Below, piece after piece: positions 1-11,203 of a stretch of DNA of 64,000 bases (its first letter is position 1; each line of letters starts with the position of its first letter). The notes under the pieces are model-generated. The model did not search any database. It saw only the letters and a program-made list of their open reading frames with translations, and had not been told where the DNA came from. Location of the stretch: assembly GCF_006345805.1 (NCBI RefSeq), contig NC_043007.1:46934001-46998000 (forward strand), written 5' to 3'. This DNA is from Octopus sinensis (Eukaryota). Made by a program: the position numbers and the translations under genes.

Positions 1-3000
1 TTATGCTTAAAATAGTGTCGTCTTTCATACTGACCATTTTTGCCACTTTTACCCACTTTTTATTAAAACATTCGTTCGACAAAACCTTCCTCTCTATTCT
101 CATCCTCCTTTTCAAGTGGTACTTGAAAAAGTTGACGAGAGACTGACCAGAGAGGAAGGTGTTTGTTTGCAGTCCTTTCAAACGCGTCCACCGCACACAT
201 TCTTTCGCCATAGCCATCAGCGTAACGAAAACCGTTTTCCCTTCCCGTTTAAAGGAAGGTGGTGGAACAATATTCACGATAGACTCGGCCGATAGGCGAG
301 CCTGACCTACACGTGACAACAGCTGTTCGACGAAGGACCACAGCTCTGAAATATCTGGACACTGCACGAGTGCGTGCAGACGGGTTCGTCGCTCTGACCG
401 CATCTCGGGCAGGTCGGTCCGGTGATGGTTTTCGAACCGTGTCTGTAGCTCTTCTCTCGAACAGGTAGTGCGTCTCGATAGCACTGCCAAGCCAGGGATT
501 TCTGGAAGTTATCCATAGGCCCCGGCCCGAACGTCGTCCTGAACAGGCGAGTTAGGAATTCCTCGTCGACGCCCAGGTTTGCCCCGGGTGTGTCGTCGGA
601 CCTCCCCTCCACTAGTCCTCTATAGAACGCTTTAGTCGTTTGGAAGTTGCACAAGTTTGACCCCGGTCGGCAGAGCTGCTGTAGAGCTTGGCGACACTCT
701 CGGTGCCAATCGCCCAGTTTCGATCTCTTTTTGATCCACGTTTGCAGTTCGGTCAGTGAGAGGAGCTGCGGGAAGTCGCCCCTCACAAACGGCGCCCACA
801 CCTGTTCACCGTCGTCGATGAATTTCCAGAGATGTCGCAGTCTCAGCGCATGCCTGCGCATCATCAACCACGGCATGCCCAGTCCTCCATTCAACGGATG
901 TTGACAGCAAATGGACTTCCTCACCATCGGAACGCCACCCTTCCACAGGAAGCGGAAGAGTATGCGTTCCAGTTTGGTGATGGTGGCGTCGGGACAAGGT
1001 ACGACGGTCAGGCGGTAATCGATGACGGATGCGATGTACGCGTTCGCCACCTCCGCCCGGCCTTTTAGAGACAGCTTTCTCTCGGCCCATGTTTGGCTGA
1101 GAGCGACCACTCTACTCGTGATCTCGTCCCAGTTCTTATCCATTTGGAGGTCCGGACTGAACCAGACCCCGAGCAATTTAACCGGTCCGTCCGTCCAGCG
1201 TCCCACTACTGAGCCGCAGTCGGACGGCATGGGCTTGCTTCTCCAGGTGCCGAGTAGCAAACCCACTGACTTTTCCGGGTTAATCTTTGCTCCCGTCACC
1301 GTTTCATATTTTCTTAGTGTCTCGCCAACCAGCTCAATGTGCTGGTAGCTCGACACTATGACGGTGACATCGTCCGCATATGCCGACACGCTCGTCCCGC
1401 AACCCAGTTCCCGTGGGATGCCCCTCAGTGTCGCCAGCTTCCGCAGTAGCGGCTCGAGAGTCAATACATACAGAAGCGCCGACAGGGGACACCCCTGACG
1501 GACCGAACGCGTGATGTCAAACGGTTTCGACAGGTGACCGTTCACCCGAATCACCGATCGGATGCCGCTATACAAGGCAGCGATCCAACCGCGGAAGACG
1601 GGACCGAAGCCAGCCGCCCTGAGGACGGCCGCCAAGTACTGATGGTCGACCCTATCGAAGGCTTTAGACTGATCCAAATTTATCAGCGCCCCACCCATGC
1701 CAGGATCCTTAACTACCCTGTCCACAATGTAGCGCATCAGATGGAGGTTGTCATGTATGGTTCTGCCCGGCACGGCGCATGTTTGCGCCCTGTCGACCAG
1801 TTTACCAACGACAAGCGCCAACCTCTCGGCTATTACTTTGGCCAAACTTTTCAAATCTGCGTTGAGCAGAGTGATGGGCCTGAAATTATCTATAAAATTC
1901 CCCTTGTTTGAGTCTTTCTTCAGCAACGTCACTGCACCTCGGCTCACGAAACCGGAGATTCTCCCGTTTTGTTGCCAGTTGCAGTAGACTGATGCCAAGA
2001 GGTCGCCAAACAAGTCTGGCATTCGACAATACAGCTCGTAGGGTAAACCATCCAATCCAGGCGACTTATCCCTCGCGCAGCCCGCCATCGCATCCCACAC
2101 GTCAGCGGCTGTGATGGGACTTTCACAACACTCCGCTTCTCTTGCCGAGAGCCGCGGCTGGTCGGTCAGGTAGGCACTGAAATCCATCCCTCGTTCCGAC
2201 CCACCACTCGCACCAAACAGTCGAGCAAAGTGCTGTTGAAAGGCCTCACACATCCTTTCGGGTTCGAGTAAACTGCATCCCTGTTGATCTATTAGAGACT
2301 GAATGGTTGATCTGTTGCCACGCTGCGCCTCCGCTACCCGGGCCTCTCGCGCAGCTTCAATCCCTTCGTTCCTTAAGGCACGCATTTTAGCTCTGACGAC
2401 GCAACCTTCGTGCTTGCCTTGAGGTGTTGGTCGAGGGCCATCCTCGCAGCCAGCACGTTGGTTGCGCTGTCAGTGGTAAGTGCCTCTTCTAGTTTCTTAA
2501 CTAAGTCTCCCTCTACTCTATTTCGTTCTATCGCTAATTCCTTGCTAAACCTAATTGATTCCGATTTTATTGCCATTTTCAGGGCGTACCACCAGCGGTT
2601 GTTAACGATCGCTCCCGTCAGCGCCCTCTTAATTAACTCGCTAATCGGTTCCTGTAAACCTGTCGCGCTAACAGCGACGTGTTCAGTTTCCAGTAACCGG
2701 GACCCTGCCTATGTGTTTTATCTAAGTCGAGCGTACACGTAACAAATTTGTGATCTGTGTAGCTGACTATTTTAAATTGTGGACATCCTACACTATCCCT
2801 ATCCGCTGTCCTGCATAGAATTCTATCTAGATAAGATCTCGACGATCCGACGCGGTTTGTCCAAGTCCACGTTGGCACGTTCGGATGGTCGAGTCGGAAC
2901 CTGTCAGACAAATGGAAACGTCTGAGCAGGTCTTTGAGGCTCTTACACCCCCTTCTATTCCTATCCCTTCCCACATAATCTAGATGCGTGTCCAAGGTAG

Positions 3001-3426
3001 CGTTCCAATCCCCTACTAACAGTAAAGGTCTAGACGTACCCAGGAAAACCTCTAGACGTCTGAAGAAATCCGCCCGACCCGTTAGGACGGTGCATAAACT
3101 GCCATCAGACGGAATGCACACCCATTTCTGCCATCCACGTCCAAGACAACCAGCCTACCCTCCGGTCTAGGAATATTGCTCTTACTTTTACCTCTAGACT
3201 CTTTCGAAAAAGCACCGCAGTACCTCCACCACCCATGTTCGGCAGACAGGGAGAAAAATAATGTCAAATTGATTGCCAAACATGGACTCGAGGGCCCGCG
3301 GCTTACTGAGTCTGGTTTCACTGATAGCTACTATATCCACGTCCAGTGACTTGATGTCGTTTAGAAGGTACCTTGCTTCCAAGCCGACGCCAAGCCACGC
3401 GCATTCACACAACCTAATTTAAGCAT
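1..3426 (-). pseudogene. Copy A ORF2 (APE endonuclease + reverse transcriptase + C-terminal Cys/His finger), frameshifted
   Basis: Starts MLKLGCVNARGL. EN motifs SETRL, VGDWNATL, SYLDRI, SYTDH; RT motifs KSPGLDGLPYE, NFRPITLLNADLK, LINLDQSKAFDRVDH, QGCPLS, AYADDVT; CPRCGQSDEP finger. Split over several frames; the longest piece is 307-2385. Confidence 0.9.
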
Positions 3427-3492
3427 ACTTGACATTTACGAAAATTGTGTTTTACACACTATATTAGAAGAGACAAGAGGCAAGAAGTGAGG

Positions 3493-5368
3493 TCACTTAC
3501 TCATTTTAAAAGTTTCATTTTTTTCTTCTTCTTTTGTATCGTTTTTGATGAGGTGTTTGTATAGTTTTTTGGACAGGTATCGTTGATACCCGCCTACCGC
3601 ATTCAGAAATATTGTTTTCAGTATGTGGTGTTGTGCTTGTGTTATGTGTAAAATTCTGATGTGTTTCGGTGGTGTGGTGTGCGGATGATTGTTTGTCTTA
3701 AAGTCATCTTCACAGACGACCATGTTAGATTTGATGTAGTCCATTAATTCTTTATTGTCTGTGTCTATTGCAGTTAGTTGTGTGTGTGGTTTTACGGGTT
3801 CATTACTTTTTTGATTGTCTAGGGGATTGTTGTCCTGAGTTAGATATCTCCCTGCTTTAATTCCTTGTTTGGTGGATTTTTTGGATCTTTTTCTTTTACC
3901 CCCTGTGGCTATTTGCCATTCCGTCGAACTTTCGTCGTCCGAGGTATCAGTATGGGGTAGAGGAAAAAGAACAGGATCACTATGTATGCTTGTATAAATT
4001 GTTGATGTTTTGTGCGGTGTTTGTGTTGTTGTGGTTTAGGGGTAGCATTTGTCTTCTCGTCAGTGTTTTCTGTCTTTTAATTGTCGTCCTGGGTGTGGGT
4101 TGGGGTCGATTTTTTGAAGATTCAACAAGTTTAATTGGTTGTGACGTCAAGGTGATTGTGTTGGTACTGTTTTTCTTGGTGATGTTGTTGGGTCTGTTTG
4201 CTGGTTTGTTGTTTTTCTTGGCGTTGTTCCATAATTGAGTGTGTTGGTGTTGGTGTTGGCAACAAAGGGATTTTTTTGTTTTCTGAATTGTTCTTTCTTG
4301 TTTTTTCTGTACCAGATCGCACTTGGCAATCAAATGTTCGGGGCTGCCACATTTGTAGCATCTAGGCTTTTTGCCTTCTGCCATAACATATAGGCATTGC
4401 CCATTCTCCAAGTATATCTTGTCGGGTAGGCTCTCGATAGAGGGCCCCTCAATCTGGATGGTCACTACTACTGTTTTTCCACCCCAATTGTCGTTTAGGT
4501 ACACGGCTGTTTCTAGAATATTGATCTTTTTCAAGTGGTAACAGATTGCCCCTGTTATCCATTTGTTCGGCATATCGGGGGGGGGTACATTTCTGATAGT
4601 TATTCTACTCACCCTCTGGTTTTTATAATAAGGGACCATGATGATTTCATCATTTCCCAGAGACTCAGTAGAGTGAGCTTTTGCCACTTCCTGGTTAGGG
4701 AAGCGGACCACTACTGTGTTAAACTGGGGACCCCAGTTTATATACTCTTTTTCTTTCATTATGTTTTTTAAACATTTCTCCACATCAGTTTTTGTAATCT
4801 GTTCATTTGGTTTTTTGTTTTTTCTAATAATTTTATATACAATTGTCTTATTTTCTATTTCTTGTTTTATATGTTGAGGTGTATGCAGGACTAAATCTTG
4901 TCCACGGGTTGTAAAGAGAGTTCTTGTTTCTATGAGCTCTTCATTTGTGAATGTAACAATCTCCTTTTTCTGGCGAAGAATGTCTGCGAAATTTACTGAT
5001 GTTGTTGATTTTTTTGTATTAACATCTTCACTATTAGATAGTTCATTTTTATTGTTGTTCTTGTTGTTGCTGTTGTTTTTGTCAATAGTTTTCGTTTCAG
5101 TTTTATTTTTATCATTTATGTTGGTCGTGGTAGTGGTGGTGGAGGTGGTGGTGGTAGCAGTTGTTGTCTCGTGGTTGCTGTTGTTAGTGGTGGTGGTGGC
5201 GGTGGTGACAGGGCTGTTAACGCACGTGGTTGCAGCGTTCATTTCACCGAATTTTACGTTGGCATTTTCCGTGCGAACGTTCTTTTTTTTCTCTGTCGTT
5301 TCCAGACTAGGAAAATGTTGTTCCATAAAAGAACGCGACCAGCGTTCAACAATAAAATTTCTAGACAT
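3493..5368 (-). pseudogene. Copy A ORF1 (gag-like, zinc knuckle), frameshifted in the T/P/Q-rich linker
   Basis: ATG at 5368; CYKCGSPEHLIAKC (CX2CX4HX4C) at 4319-4360. The 83-aa ORF at 3493-3744 is open upstream (…SDDESSTEWQIATGGKRK…) and is the ORF1 C-terminus, homologous to copy B. Confidence 0.85.
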
Positions 5369-5568
5369 TTTCTAATGTCGAGAAGAAAATAACAGAAATG
5401 AAATGGGGTCGAAACTGCCCCTAGGGGCGAATTCCTCCCTTGGAAAAGCACTCAAATGAAAGTTGGTTGCCTTACACACCTTATTTGCAAAAATCTACAC
5501 AAAAATTGGCCTATAAATAGTCAAAATAAATGATTACCTTCGGAGCTGAAACGACATCACATCCGTCA

Positions 5569-5663
<95 letters not shown>
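5569..5663. repeat. (GATA)n/(TATC)n tract between copy B 3' end and copy A 5' end
   Basis: Directly visible pure tetranucleotide run of about 24 units. Confidence 0.98.
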
Positions 5664-5664
<1 letters not shown>

Positions 5665-5957
5665 CTTTCTTTTATTAGCCACACAGGGCTGAATACAGAG
5701 GGGACAAATACAAATGCAGAGCTTTTCTTTTCGAGGGTGGAAAAAAATAAAAAATGTAAGATTGCGATCAAAAGGGATCGAGGGGAGGAAAAAAAAAGAA
5801 AATCGTGTATCACAGAAATAATGGTGTAAACATTGATATAACAAGATTGGGTTCATCCGTGGGAAGAAAAGCCTACAGAAAAGACCACGGGAACCCCAGT
5901 CAGGGAGGAAATAAACACATGAGGTCAAAAATGCTCTCTTTCTTTCTTTTTTACGAT

Positions 5958-8900
5958 CTACAGGATCATGCTCAAAATGGTTTCGTTACTAGCACGCACC
6001 ATCTTTGCAACATTCACCCATCTTTTTTTTAATCTTTCGCGAGACAAAACTTCCCTCTCCATTCTCACCTTCCTTTTCAAGTGGTACTTGAAAAAGTTGA
6101 TGAGCGATTGGCCAGAGAGGGAAGTGTTTGTCTCTAATCCTTTCGCTCGAGTCCACCACACACATTCTTTCACCATGGCCACCAGTACGATGAAAACTGC
6201 CTTGCCTTCCCGGTTGAGGGAAGGGGGCGGAGCATTTCTCATGATAGACTCGGCCGATAGGCGGATTCGTCCCACACGTGACAGCAGCCGTTCGGCATAA
6301 GCCCACAGGTCGGAAATGGTTGGACATTGCACGAGTGCGTGCAGAACGGTTTCGTCGCTCTGACCGCATCTCGGGCAAGTCGGTCCAGTGTGTCTGGAAC
6401 CGTGTCTGTAGAGCTTATCCCGAACAGGTAATGCTTCTCGATAGCACTGCCAGGCCAGGGATCTTTGGTGATTGTTCATAGGTCCCGGCCCGAAAGTTGT
6501 CCTGAACAGGCGGGTCAGGTGTTCCTCGTCGACGCCCAGACTCTGCCCGAGTTCGTCGTCGCACCTCCCCTCCACTAATCCTCTATAGAATGCCTTTGTT
6601 GTGATGGAGTCGCACAAGTTCGATCCCGGACGGCAGAGTTGCTTGAGAGCAACGCGACACTCGCGGTGCCATTCGCCTAGCCTCGGTCTCTGCTTGACCC
6701 ATGACTGTAGTTCGTCCAAGGAGACGAGCTGCGGGAAAGCGCGCCGCACAAAAGGCGACCACCCCTGTTCACCGTTGTCTATGAAGCGCCGGAGATGTCG
6801 CAGTCTCAACGCATGTCTGCGCATCATCAACCACGGCATGCCCAGCCCTCCATTTAGCGGGTGTTGGCAGCAAATGGATCGCCTAACCATCGGAACGTTT
6901 CCCTTCCACAAGAAGCGGAAGAGTATGCGTTCCAGTTTGGTGATGGTAGGGTCGGGACAAGGCACGACGGTCAGGCGATACTCGATGACGGATGCGATGT
7001 ACGCGTTCGCCACCTCCGCCCGGCCTTTTAGGGATAGCTTTCTCTCAGTCCATTTCTGGGTGAGAGTAGCCACCCTAGTCGTTATCTCGCCCCAGTTCTT
7101 CTCCATTTGGAGGTCCGGACCGAACCAGACCCCGAGCAATTTAACCGGTCAGTCCGTCCAGCGTCCCACGATGGAGACGCTGTTGTACGGCATGGGCTTG
7201 CTTCTCCAGGTGCCGAGCCGCAAGCCCACTGACTTTTCCCGGTTAATTTTTGCTCCCGTTACCGCTTCGTGTTCTTTCAGTGTCTCGCCGACCAGCTCGA
7301 TGTGCTCGTAGCTCGACACTATGACGGTAACGTCATCCGCGTATGCAGACACGCTCCTCCCGCATCCCAGCTCTCGTGGGATTCCCCTCAGCGTCGCCAG
7401 TTTCCGCAGTAGTGGCTCAAGAGTCAGTACATACAGCAGCGATGAGAGGGGGCATCCCTGACGAACCGAACGCATGATGTTAAAAGGTCTGGATAGATGA
7501 CCATTTACGCGAACTACTGAGCGGATGCCGCTGTATAAGGCAGCGATCCAACCGCGGAAAACTGGACCGAAACCAGCCGCTTTGAGGACAGCCTCCAAGT
7601 AGTGATGGTCTACCCTATCGAAGGCTTTTGATTGATCCAAATTGATCAGCGCTCCACCCATGCCAGGATTTTTAACTACCCTGTCTATGATGTAGCGCAT
7701 CAGATGGAGGTTGTCATGAATACTTCTACCCGGCACGGCGCATGTTTGCGCCTTGTCGATTAGTTTCTTGATGACAAGCGCCAACCTCTCGGCTAACACC
7801 TTGGCCAAAATTTTCAAATCTGCGTTGAGCAGAGTGATGGGCCTGAAATTATCTATGACGTCCCCCTTGTTTGGGTCTTTCTTGATCAGTGCCACTACTC
7901 CTCGCTTTACAAAAGCAGGAATACTCCCGTTCTGCTGCCAGTTGCAGTAGACAGCTGCCAAGACGCCTCCAAACAAGTCTGGCATATGAAAATAAAATTC
8001 GTAGGGCAGACCATCCAAGCCTGGTGACTTGTCTCTCGTGCAGCCTACCATCGCATCCTGTACATCCGCAGCTGTGATAGGCTTTTCACAAGACTCCGCC
8101 TCCCTTGCTGAGAGTCGTGGCAAGGCATGCAGGTAGGCACTAAAGTCCACTCTGCTTTCTGACTCACCACTTGTCCCAAACAGTTGGGTGAAGTGTTGTT
8201 GAAAAACCCCACACATCCTTTTAGGCTCGAGCAATTCGCGCCCCTGTTCATCTATAAGAGACTTGATGGTGGCTCTGTTGCCTCGTTGCGTCTCCACCAC
8301 TCGGGCCTCTTGGGCGGCTCCAACTCCTTCGTTCCTCAGAGCACGCATCCTAGCTCTGACAACGCATCCCTCGTGTTTGGCGTTGAGGTGTTGGTCGAGG
8401 GCCAATCTCGCCGCCAGTACGTTGGACGCGATGCCAGTTCTAAGTGCCTCTTCTAAAACCTTAACTAATTCTCCCTCTATTCTATTTCGGTCTAATGCTA
8501 GGGCTCTACTGTATCTGACTGATTCTGCTTTAATCGCTTTTTTTAGGGCATACCACCATCTGTTGTGATGATGGTACCCGTCAAAGCTCTCTTAACTAAT
8601 GTGCTGATCCGGTCCCTGTAAACCTGTCGTGCTGTAAAAGACGCGTTCAGTTTCCAGTAACCAGGACCCTGCCTATGTGTCTTATCTAAGTCAAGTGTAC
8701 AAGTCACAAACTTGTGATCTGTGTAACTGACTATATGAAATTGTGGACAACCTACACTATTTTTATCTATTGTCCTACAGAATACTCTATCTAAGTATGA
8801 TCTGGACGACCCGATGCGGTTACTCCATGTCCACATTGGCACATTGGGGTGGTCCAGTCGGTACCTGTCAGACAGTTGGAACGTCTGAGCAGGTCTTTGA

Positions 8901-9393
8901 GGCATTTGCATCCCCTTCTATTGCTATCTCTGCCCACGTAGTCTAGATGCGTGTCCAGGGTGGCATTCCAATCCCCCACTAAAAGTAAAGGACGAGACGT
9001 TCCCATGAAAGACTCTAGACGTCGAAAGAAATCTGGTCGGCCTGTTAAGGACGGAGCATAAACTGCTATCAGTCGAAAAGCACACTCATTGCTGCCATCG
9101 ACATCCAAAACGACCAGCCTACCCTCCGGGTCTAGGAAATTTGCTCTTACTTTGAGATCCAGACTCTTCCTGATAAGCACCGCGGTGCCACCTCCGCCCA
9201 TTCTCGGTAGACACGGAGAAAAATAAATGTTGAAATGTGTACCGAAAATGTGCTGGAGTGCCCGCAAGCTGTGGAGTCTGGTCTCACTGATGGCTATGAT
9301 ATTCAGATTTAGTGACTTGATGTCATTTAACAGGTAGTCTTGTTTCCAAGGCGACCCCAAGCCACGTACATTTATACTACCTATTCTGAGCAT
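5958..9393 (-). pseudogene. Copy B ORF2 (APE-RT-CCHC), several frameshifts
   Basis: Starts MLRIGSINVRGLG; contains SETRL, VGDWNATL, SYTDH, QGCPLS, AYADD and CPRCGQSDETVLHALVQC; TAG stop at 5958-5960. Pieces are 8791-9411, 8543-8911, 7149-8405 and 5958-7139. Confidence 0.9.
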
Positions 9394-9435
9394 GTTCCGA
9401 TAAAAGTGCAAAAAAGGAAAAGGAGAGAGAAAAGG

Positions 9436-11115
9436 TTACTTGTTTTTCGAAAGTTCTTTGTCTTTCACCTCACGGTCTTCTTCTATGAGGCTTTTATACA
9501 GTTTTTTCGATGAGTACTTTTGAAATCTCCCTACTGCATCAGGGTAAAGAGATTTCAGGGTGCTGTATGTGTTCTGTGTCACGTGTATTATTTTAATGTG
9601 TTGTGGTGGTGCTGTGTGTGGGTGGTTACTTGTTTTTATGTCGTTTTCAGTAATGTTAGTGTTTGACCTAATGTGTTCCATTAGGTCGTGGTTGTTTGTG
9701 TTTATGGCTGTCAACATTTTTGGGGGTTTGATGATGGTGTGTTTGTGTTGATGTGTGTGTTTTCTGTGGATTTTTGTTTCGGGAGTGGTGTATCTTCCCG
9801 CTTTGTTTGTTATTTTTCTTTCTTTTTTTCCCCTTTTTCTTCTCCCCCCTGTGGCTATTTGCCAATCTTCCGTGTCTTCTTCGTCTAATGACAGATCAGA
9901 CGAATCGGAGTCTGGAAGAGGGAAAGTATTGGGGTCTATTGTCGACTGTGTTGGTTTTGTTGTTGGTGTTGGTTGGTGAGCGTTTGGTTGTGGTGTATGC
10001 GGTTTTGGATGTGGGGTTTGGGTATTTTGTGTTTGAGTGATTGTGGGTATTGTTGTTTGTTTAGGGTCTCAATTTTGTGGGGATTTGGAGTTGTAATTGT
10101 TTCTTCATTTTTGCTGGTGGGTCTTTTTGGCAGATGTCCTTGGTTTGGGAGTTGGTATATTCTTGATTGTTGTTGTTGGTGATGCTGCTTCTGTTCTTGG
10201 TGCTGCAGTTGGTGTGGTTGTTTGTTTGGTGAGGTTTGTTCCTGCAAAAAGTGGTGTGGGTAGTAAACCTTGTTTATTTGTTTTTGTTTCCGGCTGCTGT
10301 TGTTGTTGCTGTTGTTTTCTTGCGGCAGATTTGCAGTCTTTTTTGAGGTGTTGCTCACTGCCGCATATGTAGCAACGTGGTCTTCTGCCATCGACGACCA
10401 CATATAACTTGTGGTCGTCTGATACACATATCTGGGTGGGTATTTTTTTTATATCTTCATGATGTATATGTAGAAGAAATTCTATTTTTTTTCCCACCCA
10501 GTTTTTATGCTCTGTGACTGTGGTTTCCAAAATAGTATAATTCGCCATTTTTACGCATAAGGCCTTTACAAGCCATAGACTATTGGCTATTTTGGGGACA
10601 TTGTTTAGAGTGATCTTAGTCACTTTCTGTCCCCGATAGCTTGGTGTAAGTTGGAGTTCATCTGAGTGAAGAGTTAGCGTTGAGAAATGTCTAGCTAACT
10701 CTTCGGTGTAGAAAACGACTTGTATGTGGGCAAATTTGTTCCACCAGGTTACATATTCTTTGTGATCCCAGATGGGTTTCAAGCACTTCTCTATTTTGCT
10801 TGTGTTGGCCTTCTCTGGGATTTTTGTTTTTTTGTTAACTATTTTATAAATGATTGTTCGTCTTTTTTCATTTTCCAAAATATCTTCTGGTATGTTTATT
10901 TTTACTATACCTTCTGATTCTGTTATTTTGATGTTCGTGTCCTGTATTTGTTGAGCCGTAAAGTATATTGTTGTTTTTTTTTCTTTAATCGCCTCAGCGA
11001 AATTTGTTGTTGTTTTGTTATTGTTGTTGCTTGTGGTGATGTTGTTGTTGGCTGCAGTTTGTAAAATTGGTGTGTTTGGTTCGATCGTGCAAGTAGGAAG
11101 GGGTGGAAAATTGCC
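9436..11115 (-). pseudogene. Copy B ORF1, 5'-truncated
   Basis: CYICGSEQHLKKDC knuckle at 10333-10374; the same frame resumes after two TGAs in the low-complexity linker and continues to WQIATGG and the C-terminal block at 9436-9717. Confidence 0.85.

Positions 11116-11203
<88 letters not shown>
11116..11203. repeat. (GATA)n tract between copy C 3' end and copy B 5' end
   Basis: Directly visible; one interruption near 11161-11166. Confidence 0.98.

Larger units (their letters stand above)
1..5568 (-). mobile_element. Tx1/L1-clade non-LTR retrotransposon, copy A (apparently 5'-complete; 3' end runs off the window)
   Basis: About 200-bp 5' UTR (5369-5568) after the TATC tract, ORF1 with CCHC knuckle, short spacer, then APE endonuclease-RT-CCHC ORF2 reaching base 1. 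Confidence 0.93.
5664..11115 (-). mobile_element. Tx1/L1-clade LINE, copy B (5'-truncated within ORF1, complete 3' end)
   Basis: ORF1 begins without ATG directly after the TATC tract; ORF2 spans 5958-9393; 3' UTR ends CAGCCCTGTGTGGCTAATAAAAGAAAGT followed by (TATC)n. Confidence 0.93.

Noticed and set aside
3493-3744. Apparent third ORF between ORF1 and ORF2 (also 9436-9717)
   Set aside because: The frame is open upstream into the linker; it is the frameshift-separated ORF1 C-terminus and is reported as such.
6601-7311. 236-aa plus-strand ORF and similar antisense ORFs over the LINEs
   Set aside because: Antisense shadows of GC-rich ORF2 codons; not open at the same length in the other copies and with no recognisable motif.
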